From Prochlorococcus sp. AG-388-A01 (GTDB lineage: Bacteria > Cyanobacteriota > Cyanobacteriia > PCC-6307 > Cyanobiaceae): a stretch of 64,000 bases of DNA. Location: positions 114,211 to 178,210 of the forward strand of contig QCGK01000001.1 in the NCBI GenBank assembly GCA_003279945.1, written 5' to 3'. Both the position numbers and the translations under genes were made by a program. Under the pieces are notes generated by a model. That model saw only the letters and a program-made list of their open reading frames with translations. It had not been told where the DNA came from and did not search any database. Shown in pieces: positions 56,055 to 64,000 of the stretch; position 1 is the first letter of the stretch, and each line of letters starts with the position of its first letter.

Positions 56055-56666
56055 ATGAGTAATGAATTAACACCAAGCCTTGCTTCTTCAAAAGCAAATA
56101 CCAGCATCGCAAGATGGTATGCAGTTCAAGTAGCATCAAGCTGTGAAAAAAAAGTAAAAGCTACTCTTGAGCAGAGATCAGTAACTTTAGGGGTTAATAA
56201 TCGAATCATTGAAATTGAAATCCCCCAGACTCCTGGAATTAAATTAAAAAAAGATGGAAGTAGACAAACTACTGAAGAAAAAGTTTTCCCTGGTTATGTC
56301 CTCGTCAGAATGATTTTGGATGAAGATACAATGATGGCTGTAAAAAGTACTCCCAATGTTATTAATTTTGTTGGTGCTGAAGACGGAAGAGGCAGCGGGA
56401 GATCTAGAGGCCACATCAAACCTCGGCCATTATCCAGACAAGAAGTTAATAGAATCTTTAAGCGCGCATCAGAGAAAAAAGCTGTAATCAAGTTAGATAT
56501 TGAAGAAAAAGATAGAATCATAGTAACTAGTGGTCCATTCAAAGATTTCCAGGGAGAAGTTATAGAAGTTTCTGGGGAAAGAAATAAATTAAAAGCATTG
56601 CTTTCAATATTTGGGCGCGAGACTCCTGTAGAATTAGAATTCTCCCAAATCAATAAACAAAATTAA
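56055..56666 (+). CDS. nusG: Transcription factor NusG
   Basis: FPGYVLV, KOW GPFKDF, FGRETPVEL. Confidence 0.98.
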   Translation: MSNELTPSLASSKANTSIARWYAVQVASSCEKKVKATLEQRSVTLGVNNRIIEIEIPQTPGIKLKKDGSRQTTEEKVFPGYVLVRMILDEDTMMAVKSTPNVINFVGAEDGRGSGRSRGHIKPRPLSRQEVNRIFKRASEKKAVIKLDIEEKDRIIVTSGPFKDFQGEVIEVSGERNKLKALLSIFGRETPVELEFSQINKQN

Positions 56667-56732
56667 TTTCTAATTGTCTTGTTTATCGAGTAAAATTACG
56701 ATTTTCTACTTCAGCTTACATTCTCAAATCTA

Positions 56733-57158
56733 ATGGCAAAAAAAATTGTTGCAGTTATCAAGCTTGCTCTACAAGCAGGCAAAGCAAATCCTGCTCCACC
56801 TGTAGGGCCTGCTTTAGGACAACATGGTGTCAATATCATGGCATTTTGTAAAGAATACAACGCAAGAACACAAGATAAAGCAGGTTTTGTAATTCCAGTA
56901 GAGATTTCTGTTTTTGAAGATAGAAGCTTTACTTTTATTACAAAAACACCTCCTGCTTCCGTCTTAATAACAAAAGCAGCTGGTATAGAGAAAGGATCAG
57001 GTGAATCCGCTAAAGGCTCTGTTGGTAATATAAGTAAAGCTCAATTAGAAGAAATAGCCAAAACTAAGCTCCCTGATTTAAACTGTTCTAGTGTTGAATC
57101 AGCAATGAAAGTAATTGAGGGTACTGCTCGTAATATGGGCGTCTCTATTACTGACTGA
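56733..57158 (+). CDS. rplK: 50S ribosomal protein L11
   Basis: [18 protein letters not shown]. Confidence 0.99.
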   Translation: MAKKIVAVIKLALQAGKANPAPPVGPALGQHGVNIMAFCKEYNARTQDKAGFVIPVEISVFEDRSFTFITKTPPASVLITKAAGIEKGSGESAKGSVGNISKAQLEEIAKTKLPDLNCSSVESAMKVIEGTARNMGVSITD

Positions 57159-57185
57159 GTTTAATACAAAATTACTCACTATTTA

Positions 57186-57215
57186 GGGGAGGTTAGTTAA
57201 TAACCGTTTGCACCC
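57186..57215 (+). promoter_or_regulatory. Putative L1-binding operator before rplA
   Basis: GGGGAGGTTA-gttaa-TAACCGTTTGCACCC, two helices around an asymmetric GGAG loop. Confidence 0.6.
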
Positions 57216-57224
57216 AAAATTACT

Positions 57225-57932
57225 ATGAAAAAACTATCAAAAAGAATGGCGGCTCTATCAACAAAGATAGAAGATCGCATTTACGCCCCACTTGAAGCCC
57301 TTAGTATTATTAAGGAAAATGCTAATGCGAAATTTGATGAAACTATTGAAGCGCATATACGTTTAGGTATTGATCCAAAATATACTGATCAACAATTAAG
57401 GACCACAGTTGCATTACCCCATGGTACTGGCCAAAGCATCAAAATTGCGGTTATCACAAGCGGTGAGAATGTATCAAAAGCTAAAACTGCTGGTGCAGAT
57501 TTATTTGGCGAAGAAGATCTTGTGGAAAGTATCAACAAAGGAAATATGGAGTTCGATCTACTTATTGCAACTCCAGATATGATGCCAAAGGTTGCAAAAT
57601 TAGGACGAGTTCTAGGACCTAGAGGTTTAATGCCTAATCCTAAAGCTGGTACAGTAACTAATGATATTGCTAATGCAATAAAAGAATTCAAAGCTGGTAA
57701 GCTCGAATTTAGAGCAGATAAAGCGGGTATCGTTCATGTCATCTTTGGAAAAGCAAGTTTCACAAAAGAGGATCTATTTGACAACTTAAAAACCTTACAA
57801 GAATCAATTGATAAAAATAAACCAAGTGGAGCCAAAGGAAAGTATTGGAAAACTTTTTATGTGACTTCAACTATGGGACCTTCAGTTCAAGTAGACATAA
57901 ATGCTATACAAGATTACCAACCTGAAGGTTAA
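57225..57932 (+). CDS. rplA: 50S ribosomal protein L1
   Basis: [27 protein letters not shown]. Confidence 0.99.
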   Translation: MKKLSKRMAALSTKIEDRIYAPLEALSIIKENANAKFDETIEAHIRLGIDPKYTDQQLRTTVALPHGTGQSIKIAVITSGENVSKAKTAGADLFGEEDLVESINKGNMEFDLLIATPDMMPKVAKLGRVLGPRGLMPNPKAGTVTNDIANAIKEFKAGKLEFRADKAGIVHVIFGKASFTKEDLFDNLKTLQESIDKNKPSGAKGKYWKTFYVTSTMGPSVQVDINAIQDYQPEG

Positions 57933-57965
57933 CCTTTTGTAGTATAATTTAAATTGCAATAATAC

Positions 57966-58085
57966 GGCCAAAGAAAGTAGGTTAATTTAGTTATTCTAAA
58001 TTTTTAATTCCTACCGAGGACTCGTCTTAATTATTTCTTTTTGGATCTAATAAAAGCGGCCTCTTTTAAAAAGGACTTTGCCGCA
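57966..58085 (+). promoter_or_regulatory. L10 leader RNA
   Basis: CCAAAGAAAGTAGG...TAATTCCTACCGAGG core plus downstream GCGGC/GCCGC hairpin. Confidence 0.75.
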
Positions 58086-58123
58086 TTTCCTGCTCTCCCT
58101 AAATTACGATCCAAAAAACAACA

Positions 58124-58651
58124 ATGGGCCGAACACTAGAGAATAAGCAACAAATCGTTACTGAGATTAAATCTCTATTAAACGACTCGGAAATGGCTGT
58201 AGTTCTTGACCATAAAGGTTTAACAATCAAAGAGATGTCAGATTTGCGATCTAGATTGCAAACATCTAACGGCATTTGCAAAGTTACTAAAAATTCATTA
58301 ATGCGTAAAGCTATTGATGGAGATAGTAATTGGAACGATCTTGAATCTTTACTGACAGGAACAAATGCTTTTGTCTTAATTAAAGAAGATGTTGGTGGTG
58401 CTGTAAAAGCGATCCAATCTTTTCAAAAAGACACCAAAAAATCCGAAACCAAAGGAGCTTTATTTGAAGGCAGACTTCTTAGCGATTCTGAAATAAAAGA
58501 AATTGCAAGTCTTCCATCTAAAGAAGTATTGATGGCAAAAATTGCTGGCGCTCTAAATGGCGTATCAACAAAAATTGCAATCTCTATCAATGAAGTGCCT
58601 TCTGGACTTGCTAGATCCCTTAAACAACATTCTGAAAAATCAGAATCTTAA
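58124..58651 (+). CDS. rplJ: 50S ribosomal protein L10
   Basis: KVTKNSL, LPSKEVL; synteny. Confidence 0.98.
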   Translation: MGRTLENKQQIVTEIKSLLNDSEMAVVLDHKGLTIKEMSDLRSRLQTSNGICKVTKNSLMRKAIDGDSNWNDLESLLTGTNAFVLIKEDVGGAVKAIQSFQKDTKKSETKGALFEGRLLSDSEIKEIASLPSKEVLMAKIAGALNGVSTKIAISINEVPSGLARSLKQHSEKSES

Positions 58652-58679
58652 ATTCAAACCCTAATTAACTTTTAAGAAA

Positions 58680-59075
58680 ATGTCCTCAAAAACTGAAGAA
58701 ATTCTTGAATCATTAAAATCTCTATCACTTTTAGAAGCATCTGAGCTTGTAAAGCAAATTGAAGAGGCTTTTGGTGTATCTGCTGCAGCTTCTGCAGGTG
58801 TAGTCATGGCAGCTCCAGGAGCAGCTGGCGGTGATGGAGATGGTGGCGCTGCTGAAGAAAAAACTGAATTTGATGTAGTTCTCGAAAGCTTTGATGCAGC
58901 TGCAAAAATCAAAGTTCTTAAGGTTGTAAGAAATGCAACTGGTCTTGGTCTTGGTGATGCAAAAGCACTTGTGGAATCAGCACCAAAAACAGTAAAAGAA
59001 GGAATTGCTAAAGCAGATGCTGAATCTCTAAAGAAAGAGATTGAAGAAGCTGGCGGTAAAGTTACACTTAAGTAA
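58680..59075 (+). CDS. rplL: 50S ribosomal protein L7/L12
   Basis: [16 protein letters not shown]. Confidence 0.99.
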   Translation: MSSKTEEILESLKSLSLLEASELVKQIEEAFGVSAAASAGVVMAAPGAAGGDGDGGAAEEKTEFDVVLESFDAAAKIKVLKVVRNATGLGLGDAKALVESAPKTVKEGIAKADAESLKKEIEEAGGKVTLK

Positions 59076-59089
59076 GAGTAGATTTTTTC

Positions 59090-59114
59090 AAGCCGATAAT
59101 CTTAATATCGGCTT
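59090..59114. other. 9-bp hairpin after rplL without U-tract
   Basis: AAGCCGATA-atcttaa-TATCGGCTT. Confidence 0.6.
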
Positions 59115-59122
59115 CAAAAATT

Positions 59123-59842
59123 ATGAATAGTGATAGTATTGCAATTGAAGCTGCAACTGATGGTGCATGCAGTGGTAATCCAGGTCCTGGTGGTTGGGGT
59201 GGTTTAATAATTTTTGACGACAACAGTGAATTAGAAATTGGTGGTTCCGAGCAAAATACCACTAATAATAGAATGGAGCTCACTGCGGCCATAAAAACTC
59301 TTGAGAAATTAAAAACCTATAAATTAAAAGAGAACTTTAAATTAAGAACTGATAGTAAATATGTCATAGAAGGGTATACAAAATGGATTATTAATTGGAA
59401 GAGAAATGGATGGAAAACAAGCTCAGGAAAATCAGTTCAAAATCTTGATTTATGGCAAAAAATTGATCAATTAAGAATTAATGGCCTTGTAATGGAATAT
59501 GTTAAGGGTCATAGCGGTGATAAACAAAATGATAGGGTTGATAAAATTGCAACCAACTATAGCAAAGGTAAATCTTTAGTAAGCAACTTAAAAGAGTCAG
59601 AACCTTCAGTTGACTTTTTTGAAAAAAATGCACCTTCAGAAATTCAGGAATTATTTTCAAGAAATGAATTGATTCAAAAATTTGCAGACAAAAAGTACCT
59701 ATTAAGTTCATTAGAACTAAGTAAATTGTTGGGTGAAGAAAACCATTTAAAGATAAAACAATATTTACTTTTTGAATGGCGTAATTGGAGATTGATACCT
59801 AAAGATAAAAAATATTGGATAATAGAAAAAAACCAATACTAA
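59123..59842 (+). CDS. rnhA: Ribonuclease HI with C-terminal extension
   Basis: [33 protein letters not shown]. Confidence 0.96.
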   Translation: MNSDSIAIEAATDGACSGNPGPGGWGGLIIFDDNSELEIGGSEQNTTNNRMELTAAIKTLEKLKTYKLKENFKLRTDSKYVIEGYTKWIINWKRNGWKTSSGKSVQNLDLWQKIDQLRINGLVMEYVKGHSGDKQNDRVDKIATNYSKGKSLVSNLKESEPSVDFFEKNAPSEIQELFSRNELIQKFADKKYLLSSLELSKLLGEENHLKIKQYLLFEWRNWRLIPKDKKYWIIEKNQY

Positions 59843-59847
59843 TTTTT

Positions 59848-61017
59848 ATGAATGAACATAAGGGGGTATTTAAAAATCTTTATAACAACTTGATAACCCC
59901 TATACTAAAAAAAGACTCTGGAATAGATGCAGAATATTTATCTAATTTATCTCTTAGACTTCTATCATTCAGTTCAAGAAAACAAAATTGGCCTGTAGTT
60001 TCATCAATCCTAAAAAATTTAAATGAAGAATTTTCTATTGTTGATAAAAGGTTAAGTCAGAAAATATGTGGAATAAATTTTTGTAATCCAATTGGTTTAG
60101 CTGCGGGTTTTGACAAAAATGGAAATGCTGCAAATATATGGAAAGATTTTGGTTTTGGATTTGCTGAACTTGGAACAGTAACTAAATTTGCTCAAAATGG
60201 TAATCCCAAACCAAGGTTATTTAGATTAGCAGAAGAAGAGGGAGCATTAAATAGGATGGGTTTTAATAACAATGGCGCTAAAAATCTAGTTAAAAACTTC
60301 CTTGAGCAAGGCATTGAGTTTAAAAAAAACAGGAAGAATATTTGTTTGGGAATAAATTTCGGCAAATCTAAAATTACTGGTTTATCTCAAGCAAAAGATG
60401 ATTATTTAACTTCTTTAAAATTATTAATTCCATATTGTGATTATGCTGCTATAAACGTAAGTTCTCCAAATACTGAAGGACTAAGAAAGTTGCAAGATCC
60501 AATTCTTCTAAAAGAACTTCTTAAAGAAATTCAAAACTTACCTAATTGTCCACCATTATTTGTAAAAATTGCGCCAGATTTAAGCCTCAAAGATATTGAA
60601 GATATTTGTAATTTAATAATTGAGGAAAACATCGATGGAATAATTGCTACTAACACCAGCATTGATAGATTAGGTCTTGAAAATAGAAAGATCAAGCAAA
60701 CAGGATTGTTACTTTCTGAAGAGAATGGGGGATTAAGTGGAAAGCCTCTACAAAAAAAAGCAAATCAAATAATAAAACATATTCATAACATTGACAAAAA
60801 AATTATTTTAATTGGCGTTGGCGGAATCGATAGTCCTGAATCAGCTTGGGAAAGAATTTGTTCTGGTGCATCATTAATTCAACTTTATACAGGATGGATA
60901 TATAAGGGGCCACAATTAGTACCTGATATACTTCATGGAATGATAAAGCAACTCAATAAACATCAATTATCTAATATAAAAGAAGCCATTGGATCAGATT
61001 TAAAATGGATTGAATAA
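59848..61017 (+). CDS. pyrD: Quinone-dependent dihydroorotate dehydrogenase
   Basis: GLAAGFDK, NRMGFNN, NVSSPNT, VKIAPD, GGLSG; ATG 59848 preferred. Confidence 0.97.
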   Translation: MNEHKGVFKNLYNNLITPILKKDSGIDAEYLSNLSLRLLSFSSRKQNWPVVSSILKNLNEEFSIVDKRLSQKICGINFCNPIGLAAGFDKNGNAANIWKDFGFGFAELGTVTKFAQNGNPKPRLFRLAEEEGALNRMGFNNNGAKNLVKNFLEQGIEFKKNRKNICLGINFGKSKITGLSQAKDDYLTSLKLLIPYCDYAAINVSSPNTEGLRKLQDPILLKELLKEIQNLPNCPPLFVKIAPDLSLKDIEDICNLIIEENIDGIIATNTSIDRLGLENRKIKQTGLLLSEENGGLSGKPLQKKANQIIKHIHNIDKKIILIGVGGIDSPESAWERICSGASLIQLYTGWIYKGPQLVPDILHGMIKQLNKHQLSNIKEAIGSDLKWIE

Positions 61018-62158
61018 AATTAGAAAATGGATAATGAATAAATTGGAACCTAATAATTACTCAACAAAAGCGATGCAAATATCAAAATTAAAACATGGGG
61101 GGAATGTATATGCCAATGCAAAAAAATTAAATTTATTACCGTCTGAAATCATTGACGCAAGTGCCTCATTAGTACCCTTCGATCCACCTCAAATATTAAT
61201 AGATTCATTAAATGAAGAAATTAGGAATCTTGGATTTAGATATTATCCGGAGAGAAACTTGAGTGATTTGAAAGAAATAATCGGTAAATTCCATGGGATA
61301 AATCCAGACAATATATTACCTGGAAATGGAGCTTCTGAGCTAATAACTTGGGCAGGCCATGAAGCATCCAAATTTGGAATAAGTTGTATTCCTTCTCCAA
61401 GCTTTGTTGATTATGAAAGATCTTTAAATTGTTGGAATAGCAATTTCATACATTGCGAATTACCAAAAAACTGGGACAATATCTTTCCTCAATCATTTCC
61501 GCTGCAACCTAAAGGTGATGTTATTTGGATAACAAATCCACATAACCCCACCGGCCAATTATGGGGGAAAAATTCTTTAGAGGAAATTGTAAAAAAATAT
61601 AAATTAGTTGTATGTGATGAGGCATTCTTATCGATGACACCTAATGGAGAAAAAGAATCTTTAATACCATTAACCAAAAAATATGATAATTTATTAGTCT
61701 TGAGGAGCTTAACCAAAATCTTCAATATTCCTGGTCTTAGATTAGGTTACGTTATTGGCTCATCCAAAAAACTTAAGCAATGGAAAATAAGCAGAGATCC
61801 TTGGCCATTAAATTCCTTTGCTATTAAAGCCGGAATTGAACTATTAAAAAATAAGAAATTCTATGAACAATGGATAATGCAGATTCACAGTTGGATAAAT
61901 ATTGAAAGAGAGAGAGTATGTGAAAAATTATCAAAAATAGAAAACCTTAAAGTTCATAACTCTTCAACTAACTTTTTTTTGATAGAAAGTAAAACATCTT
62001 TGTCTCCGAATATAAAATACTTAGAAAATAAGGGGATATTACTTAGAGAATGCACTTCATTTAAATTTCTTGACGAAAAGTGGGCAAGAATTAGTTTGCA
62101 GAGTAGGAAAAATAATATTCTTTTATGTAAAGAAATTCAAAATTCCTTTGAAAAATAA
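61010..62158 (+). CDS. Threonine-phosphate decarboxylase-like PLP enzyme (CobD/HisC family); start uncertain
   Basis: HGGN, NPHNPTG, DEAF, RSLTKIFNIPGLRLGY. Confidence 0.85.
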   Translation: MNKIRKWIMNKLEPNNYSTKAMQISKLKHGGNVYANAKKLNLLPSEIIDASASLVPFDPPQILIDSLNEEIRNLGFRYYPERNLSDLKEIIGKFHGINPDNILPGNGASELITWAGHEASKFGISCIPSPSFVDYERSLNCWNSNFIHCELPKNWDNIFPQSFPLQPKGDVIWITNPHNPTGQLWGKNSLEEIVKKYKLVVCDEAFLSMTPNGEKESLIPLTKKYDNLLVLRSLTKIFNIPGLRLGYVIGSSKKLKQWKISRDPWPLNSFAIKAGIELLKNKKFYEQWIMQIHSWINIERERVCEKLSKIENLKVHNSSTNFFLIESKTSLSPNIKYLENKGILLRECTSFKFLDEKWARISLQSRKNNILLCKEIQNSFEK

Positions 62159-63228
62159 TTAATTAATTTTTTAATCTCTATTTTAGATTTTATTTTATTA
62201 TTTTTTTTCATATTTTTCTTCATCAGTTCTAATATCTTATATTGATTTTTTCCATTTTTTAATTTTATTTTAAAAATTCTTTCTAATGTCTCTTCAAAAA
62301 CTTCTTTAGAAATTGTATTTTGATTCATTAAAACTGAGCCTCCATTTTCAGCAAGAATTATTGCATTTTTCTCCTGGTGATTATTTTTTGAATAAGGATA
62401 TGGAATTAAAATTGAAGGTTTTTCTGTCTCTATTAGTTCATTTATTGTTCCTGCACCAGATCTAGATATTACAAGATCACAGTTTTGAATTAAAGCTGCA
62501 ATTTCGTTAGTAAATTTCTTTTGAACATAATTTTTTGAGTTTTTTACCTCAAAGTATTTTTGATTACTTTCTCCAATAATGTGCACTATACGAAACTGTT
62601 TTTTCATTAAAAATTCTAGAGATTCGTAAAGAATTTGATTTATAGCTTTTGCTCCTTGACTACCTCCCATAACAATCAAAAGAGGTCCTTTTCCTTTTGG
62701 GGCCCATTTTGGCAAGAGATTAAATTTGTAAAATTCCTCCCTTAAAGGGGTACCAGTGTAAATAGTTTTACAATTTTTTAAATAAGAATTTGTTTTTTTA
62801 AATCCTAAAAGAACATAGTCACATAAAAAACCAAAATTTTTAGTGACCATTCCAGGTATTAAATTTGATTCATGAATGATTATAGGAATCTTTAGGAGTT
62901 TTGAAGCAATAATAGTAGGGGCCGATATATAACCTCCAGTCGTAAAAACTAAATTAATTTTTTTTTCTTTTAAAATCCGAACTATTTGGAAAGTTGACAT
63001 TAAAATTTCTATATATTGATAAAATAAAAAAATGTTTTTTCTTGGTGTCTTTATATTCAAAATCGTCAAATTATATTTTTTTGGAATAAAATTTACATCA
63101 AGTCTTTGTTTAACTCCCAACCAATTGATATTCCATTCATCTTCTACCTCTTTAGAAACTGCTAAAGCAGGGTAAATATGCCCCCCCGTTCCACTAGCTG
63201 CAACTAATAAATTATTTTTTTTAGACAT
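62137..63228 (-). CDS. murG: UDP-GlcNAc:lipid I transferase MurG
   Basis: GTGGHIYP, GGYIS, HESN, GGSQGA, RSGA, HQEKN. Confidence 0.97.
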   Translation of the reverse strand: MSKKNNLLVAASGTGGHIYPALAVSKEVEDEWNINWLGVKQRLDVNFIPKKYNLTILNIKTPRKNIFLFYQYIEILMSTFQIVRILKEKKINLVFTTGGYISAPTIIASKLLKIPIIIHESNLIPGMVTKNFGFLCDYVLLGFKKTNSYLKNCKTIYTGTPLREEFYKFNLLPKWAPKGKGPLLIVMGGSQGAKAINQILYESLEFLMKKQFRIVHIIGESNQKYFEVKNSKNYVQKKFTNEIAALIQNCDLVISRSGAGTINELIETEKPSILIPYPYSKNNHQEKNAIILAENGGSVLMNQNTISKEVFEETLERIFKIKLKNGKNQYKILELMKKNMKKNNKIKSKIEIKKLINYFSKEF

Positions 63229-63260
63229 AAAAGATTAAATTAGTAGAATGAAAAAAACTG

Positions 63261-63995
63261 ATGTTAAATATGTTTAATTTGAAATTAATCAAAAATATAG
63301 GTGTTCCTCTCTACTTATTTATTTATCTCATAATTCCCTATTCAGCAATAACTCAAACTTTAAAAGTTGACTTTATTAAAAATCTAGAAAACTCTTTAAA
63401 TGCCAGAGATTTAGAATTTATTAGAAAAAATTTTAGAGATGATGAAAATCAAAATATACCAAAACAATTTTCAAAGATTATTAATGATTTCCCTAAGAGC
63501 AAATGGAAGATAAAAAGATTAAAATCTAACATTAGAAATAAAGATCTTTTGCAAATAAAAGTTTCAGGGGAAAAAATAGTTAATGGGGAAATATATATTC
63601 TTGAATCCAATTTTGATTATTTATTTTCAACTATAAATGGGAAAATTGATAAAGGGATTATCAAAAATTTATTTACGACAATCAGAAATGATGATAAGAA
63701 GATAGATATAAGTTTTAAAATTCCTGATAAAGTTCTTACTGGTTCAAACTATGATATCGATATCATTCTAAATAAACCTCTTGAAGAAGTGATTATTGCT
63801 GGAGCCATAATTCCTCATCAAGTTAATTCACTTTTTGAGCAAGATATATTATTGGAGCCATTAGCATCTGGAGGAATTTTCAAAATGACACGAGCTCCTT
63901 CAAAACCAGGGATACAAATTTGGTCAGGAATTATAGCTCACCCCAAGGGGATGATTACTTTTACAAAGAGTATTGAAATTGTTGATAAGATATAG
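63261..63995 (+). CDS. Conserved cyanobacterial exported protein (possibly NTF2-like N-domain)
   Basis: Signal-like N-terminus; SGGIFK..RAP motif. Confidence 0.65.
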   Translation: MLNMFNLKLIKNIGVPLYLFIYLIIPYSAITQTLKVDFIKNLENSLNARDLEFIRKNFRDDENQNIPKQFSKIINDFPKSKWKIKRLKSNIRNKDLLQIKVSGEKIVNGEIYILESNFDYLFSTINGKIDKGIIKNLFTTIRNDDKKIDISFKIPDKVLTGSNYDIDIILNKPLEEVIIAGAIIPHQVNSLFEQDILLEPLASGGIFKMTRAPSKPGIQIWSGIIAHPKGMITFTKSIEIVDKI

Positions 63996-64000
63996 CCTAA

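Noticed and set aside
62137-62158. Convergent 3' overlaps (also 9261-9278 and 12919-12938)
   Set aside because: Ordinary feature of streamlined genomes

Overview
AT-rich, gene-dense core-genome segment of a marine picocyanobacterium, almost certainly a high-light Prochlorococcus (inferred from gene order, protein sequences and composition). It runs from amt1 through glyA, leuCD, psbI/N/H, ntcA, dcd-thyX, ileS, psbO, ftsH, psbA, mutS2, bicA-sbtA-sbtB, eno, a clpB paralog and secE-nusG-rplKAJL to murG, with tRNA-Arg(ACG) and tRNA-Leu(TAG). I found no prophage, IS, CRISPR or defence island, and no clearly new multi-gene system. Points worth a second look: tandem NrdR-like boxes before an operon joining a P-loop-less CobO-like gene to dcd and thyX; a ClpB paralog lacking NBD1 arginine fingers; a thioredoxin reductase without NADPH motifs; homopolymer frameshifts in leuC and probably murJ; five genes missing from the ORF track (amt1, psbI, psbN, mpg with a probable ATA start, a 42-aa ORF next to psbA); NtcA promoters; and a perfect palindrome between psbN and psbH.
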